A program made the translations under genes and the position numbers. From the human T2T-CHM13v2.0 reference genome, Homo sapiens, in contig CP068257.2 of NCBI GenBank assembly GCA_009914755.4, positions 20,608,001 through 20,672,000 of the forward strand: a stretch of DNA of 64,000 bases, given 5' to 3'. Under the pieces are notes generated by a model that saw only the letters and a program-made list of their open reading frames with translations, ran no database searches and was not told the origin of the DNA. Within the stretch, counting starts at the first letter, position 1; each line of letters opens with the position of its first letter. Of this stretch, positions 57,778-64,000 are shown piece after piece.

Positions 57778-58135
57778 GCCAGGTGCAGTGGCTCATGCCT
57801 GTAATCTCAACACTTTGGGAGGCCAAAGCAGGTAGATCACCTGAGGTCAGGAGTTAGAGACTAGTCTGGCCAACATGGCAAAACCCCATCTCTACTGAAA
57901 ATACAAAATTTAGCTGGGCGTGGTGATGGGCGCCTGTAATCCTAGCTGCTCGGAGGCTGAGGAAGAAGAATAGCTTGAACATGGGAGGCAGAAGTTGCAG
58001 TGAGGTGAGATTGTGCCACTGCACTCCAGCTTAGGCAACAAGAGAGAAACTCTGTCTCAAATAAATTAATTGATTAATTAATTGTATTAATAATTATTAA
58101 TAATTATATTAATAATTATTTTATTATAAAGAGGA
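57778..58135 (+). mobile_element. Alu (AluS-like) with a (TAAT/TTAA)n AT-rich tail
   Basis: gccaggtgcagtggctcatgcctgtaatctcaacactttgggaggccaaagcaggtagatcacctgaggtcaggagttagagactagtctggccaacatggc…ccactgcactccagcttaggcaacaagagagaaactctgtctcaaataaattaattgattaattaattg…. Confidence 0.85.
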
Positions 58136-58249
58136 CCTAGACTAATCAAATCATTTTTTCAAGTTTGGAGAACTTGTTCTAACTATTATCAAGATTTACT
58201 ATAAATTTACAACTAATCAAGTTGGTTTGGCATTGGCTAAATATAAACA

Positions 58250-59990
<1,741 letters not shown>

Positions 59991-61616
59991 TTTAAGACAC
60001 AAACAACTGGATTCCACCAGAAAACTAAATATATTACCTTGTTAAATTGATGCCTAAGTGAAGCATAGCGCCTCATAGCAGAAAGGGTTAAATTTATTTC
60101 ATTAATCCTCTGTTTTGAAAAAGTGATCACTAGATAAGTTTGTTCAAAAAGAGACAAAAATAATAACAAAAACAACTAGGCTTTGACTGAAAATCCAGTG
60201 CCTTAAAAACTGTAGAGAATTTCTACACTGTTTCTTTCTTTTGTCCTTAAAGTTTATGCCACAATATACAAGAAGCTAAGAAAGTTGGACAAATGTAACA
60301 AGTTACGGTTCAGGGAATGACAGGGAAGATACCAATATCCCCAAATCCATAAAAGTCCTTGATTGAGAAGTTCATGGAAGTTGACAGGGGGTTTAAAACC
60401 ATGAAGCCTCAAATACAAGGTTGTCCTCACTAGATCAAATGTGTCTCATCTAAGGAGAAAATTATTGTACTTACATCATTAGAGGCATTTATGGAATGTT
60501 TAATATTACATGATCCAAGAAACAAACAAGGACATCAGAAAATTTAGGAAGTTTGGTGAATGCCTGCATATGAGGTTTTGTGATCTTCTGGGATTAAGGG
60601 TGGAGAATCTTCTCTTAGTTTAATGTGGGCACTTTGAGCTGAGTACTGGACTAAAAATTCTGATCACAGTCATTCTCTAAATATTAGTCTGTGTCAAAGA
60701 GTTCAAATGTGTGACTTCCAGACTCTTAAATGTTATTTCACCATCTGTGTCCTTTCAAGCGATTCAACAAAGAATTAAGCAACAGAAAGAATGAGAAAAC
60801 AGGCCACTAACAGAGAGAATGTAACACCACCAATGGCACATTAATACACAGCTTCAACAGCTCAACTCACTACCCCCTATGGCCCGGTTTATTATACAAG
60901 GAGAGGATTGAGGAGAGAGACCACCTGAATCTGCATAACTTAGCTATTTGCACTAAGATATTTTTGTCTAGGAAGTCAAGATAACAGAAGAATAAATAAT
61001 TTCACATTGCTTTAGAAAATCCTTGGAACCAATTTTTCTGAGTAAAAGGTTTTCTCATTTGGGCATGTTGCCTTGTCTGGGCAAAAGTTTACTTACCTAA
61101 ACAAAGAGTTTCCCTACAAGAAAAATCATTTGCTAATTAAAACTGGCTTTCATTATGCATTGAGTTTCTCCCTACTTTATTAAATATAGTATTTTTAAAA
61201 GAAAAGCTAAATCATCCAAAGTGATACATATATAGCAATGTGTAAGCTATATATGTTGTCCAAAGAATGTCATTCAAACCTGTTTCCTCCCTTGTACCTT
61301 CATTTCCACCAGATAAAAACCCAGCATGCTAAAAGGTTTTTTTTTTTTTTTTATTAATCTCAGGTAGTAGAAGATACATAGAGTCCATTTAATTTTTAAA
61401 ACACAGACCCAAAAAATGAGAATGTTTACCCAATGTGCTTATTTTACTTTAGTCCGTGATCAAAGGTGAGATTTCTCATTCACTTCACTCCCAGAAACAT
61501 GATGCTGTCACTTGCATTCAATGAAGAGAATATGGTCTTTCTTCCCCCTTTCTTGCTCACCACTTCCCTTACTCACTGTTTCATACTCTGCCAGAGTTTA
61601 AAGACGGTTGTAGGGG

Positions 61617-62035
61617 TGTCTATTAGCCCATTTTAACATTCCTATAAAGAAATACTTGAGACTGGGTAATTTATAAAGAAAAGAGGTTTAACTGGCTTTA
61701 CAGGAAGCATTGTGCTGGCATCTGCTAGATTTCTGGATAGACCTCAGGAAACTTACAGTCAAGGTGGAAGACAAATGGGAAGCAGGCATGTCACATGAAG
61801 AAAGGAAGAGCAAGTGACAGAGAGTGGGGTTGGAGGAGGTGCTGTACACTTTTAAATGACCAGATTCTGTGTGAACTCAGAGAGAGAGCTTACTTATCGC
61901 CAAGGGGACAGCCCAAGCCATTCATGAGGGATCTGCGCCCATGATCCGAACATCTCCCACCAGGCCCCACCTCCAACATTGGGCATTACAAGTCAGCATG
62001 AGATTTGGGTAGGGACAAGCATTCAAACTACATCA
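61617..62035 (-). mobile_element. MST/MLT-type (older MaLR) LTR
   Basis: The reverse complement reads tgtagtttgaatgcttgtccctacccaaatctcatgctgacttgtaatgcccaatgttggaggtggggcctggtgggagatgttcggatcatgggcgcagatccctcatgaatggcttgggctgtcccc…ttataaattacccagtctcaagtatttctttataggaatgttaaaatgggctaataga, which has the MaLR LTR architecture. Confidence 0.75.
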
Positions 62036-63699
62036 CGGTGGGAGGAGAAAAGCATATGGCCAAGTTCTTATTTCTCCTCCACTCTCTCTAGTGAACATTT
62101 TCATAGATACTTCAGAGGCTACTCTTGAAGTAGTGCCTCTTCTTCATCTACTTCTTCCTGATATCTCATCAGTGGTTGATCTTAAAATCTCATTCACATA
62201 GACTCTGCTTTATAGTCCTGCCATGCTACCCTAGTGGATATTCTGAAGCAAGATTCCTATCAAAATGACCTTGGTCGTAAATAGCTGGATTGAGTTCCAG
62301 AACTCACCCCTAGGTTTTATGTTTCTGTTACTATTTACAGTTGTTAGAAGGAAATACAGTTATTTATCAAGTCAGCAACAACATTTCTCATCCCCAACCC
62401 TATTCTTTTTCTTCTCTCTTCTCTATCCACCATCCTGCCAAAGACATTTTGCATAACAAAATCAGTCATGGTTAAGCACATGACTGCATGAAACCTTTTT
62501 CCAACTCCCCAAGGGACCTCCTGGAAAGCCCCCTCATCAGGCTTGAGATTAGAATTTACCTTCATCCTTCATTTATTGATTAACAGTTGATTTGGGATTT
62601 GCAGGAAAATCAGAGTATGAAAATAATTTTTCCCAGAGATATATCTTTAGGGCCCAAAGTTTAAATCCCCTTCTTGATCTTTTTGTGTCCTGATGCAAGT
62701 GAGGATTTTCAAAAGTTTTATAAAAAACAAAAATACTTAACTGTTTCCTTGGAAATTTACATTTTGGCCTGTTACCTAACTCACTTTTGAATCTGTTATT
62801 TATTTCACCTCAGACATCAATAAGACATTTTCCAAATTAACATCCAGTCACAAATATTTCAAAATTTTACATCAGAGATGGGATGATAGGTAGGGGAAAG
62901 AACTTAGTGTCATTTGTTAAAAATATTAATAAGTAGAAAATATTTTTGTACTTAATAACGTATCTATTGGAATAAAATAGATTTCTGAAAGGAAATAACA
63001 ATCGTTTATTACTGCATTGTAGAAATATAGAAAGACTTTATATTTTTAAAATAGATTTTTAATTTTTAATTAATTTATGGTAATTACACAGTAGTACACA
63101 CTTAATCAGAATGAAAAATTCATGGTTTTTTTTTTTAACAGAAAATAAACTTTAAAGTAAGAAGAGAAAAATTCTGGATAAACAATTCCAGCCTCTTCCT
63201 TTGTTTATTCCATTTTCTGCTGGGTTATCACCTCAATTCTCACAAATCCCGCCAACCAAAGCTTGTGGTGTATGCATGTGTCATGAGAGAAATTGCTACA
63301 GTATTAATACTGAGTCTTTTTTGAAGTATATTGACCCACATCTAAGTTAGAAAGCTATATTTTGGTGTTACACTCTGTATTCTTTGGTCCTAATGCTAAA
63401 GTTTTAATGCTGTCAGATGTTAGCAGCCAGTTTTTTTCTTTTTTCTTTTTCGTTTTAACCTCATTTTCACTCTCTTAAAGTCAAAATATGCCTAACTAAC
63501 TACAGTTGCTAAGATTGGCATTTTAAAATGCCATCAAATGGTCACAGTGTAAAGGATCTTTCACAGTTGAAGAAAACCCACACACAGGGTAGATTTGTTT
63601 TTGACCCATTAGTAAGCTTAGATAGCTCACAAAACACAGGATCACTTCAAGGCAGCACACCTCTAGTTAAGATGCATTTGCAGTGACAGGGAAATGCCA

Positions 63700-63790
63700 G
63701 GTTTCTGATACAGATTTTTTTATATATAATTATTACAGATATTTTATATATATATATAATTATATATGTACATATATATAATTTTGTAGA
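63700..63790. repeat. AT-rich (TA)n / (TATATA) compound simple repeat
   Basis: …tatatataattattacagatattttatatatatatataattatatatgtacatatatataattttg. Confidence 0.8.
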
Positions 63791-64000
63791 CAGACATCTT
63801 CAGGGATAATTCTTTTATAAAATGAAATAGCAGTATTTTAGTATTATATTGACATATGTCTATGATTAAAAACCACGTTGAAATATTGAATGATTAGGCA
63901 CCTGCTAATTTCTCATCAGAACTCTTTGAGAAAGTAGTGGGAATAAGTATAATTTAGATGATGCAACATTGAGTAATCAGTATGAGAACAGCTTGTAAAC

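Overview
This 64-kb window reads as primate, most likely human or great-ape, intergenic or deep-intronic DNA. It contains at least nine Alu elements, L1 retrotransposon fragments, MaLR/THE1 LTRs and a Tigger1 transposon with a pogo/CENP-B-like transposase remnant. The sequence is visibly AT-rich, and I estimate that well over half of it derives from transposable elements. I found no convincing protein-coding exon, tRNA, rRNA or snRNA gene, and nothing prokaryotic such as CRISPR arrays or operons. Every ORF of 100 aa or more in the supplied track lies inside a transposable element (L1 ORF2, or ORFs read across repeats).

The main feature is a degraded class I (gamma-like) endogenous retrovirus provirus on the minus strand at about 28891-40305. 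It has two homologous LTRs of about 490 bp and recognisable reverse-transcriptase and RNase H remnants. Later insertions have riddled it:
- two tandem Alus;
- a young-ish L1PA copy carrying a classic twin-priming 5' inversion and a 14-15 bp target-site duplication;
- a THE1-type LTR inside the 5' LTR, with a 5-bp target-site duplication;
- a palindromic non-autonomous DNA transposon.

Other nested arrangements:
- Tigger1 (51058-55603) is split by an L1P 3' half.
- A MER1-like hAT element is split by an L1 3' fragment.
- An old L1M is split by THE1 and by Alu insertions.

Structures not explained by standard repeat families:
- a roughly 220-bp near-perfect inverted repeat (hairpin) at 18445-18663, whose loop is homologous to a sequence 2.4 kb upstream;
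- next to it, a three-unit minisatellite whose units each carry a variable (GATA/TAGC)n microsatellite;
- short homologous patches scattered across 16058-18598 in permuted order;
- an (ACATA)n(GCATA)n pentanucleotide microsatellite flanked by a 15-16 bp perfect inverted repeat;
- an 84-bp tandem duplication;
- a 34-bp perfect palindrome.

All coordinates are placed by eye and are approximate to within about 5-30 bp. Family names rest on my recollection of consensus sequences, not on a database search.
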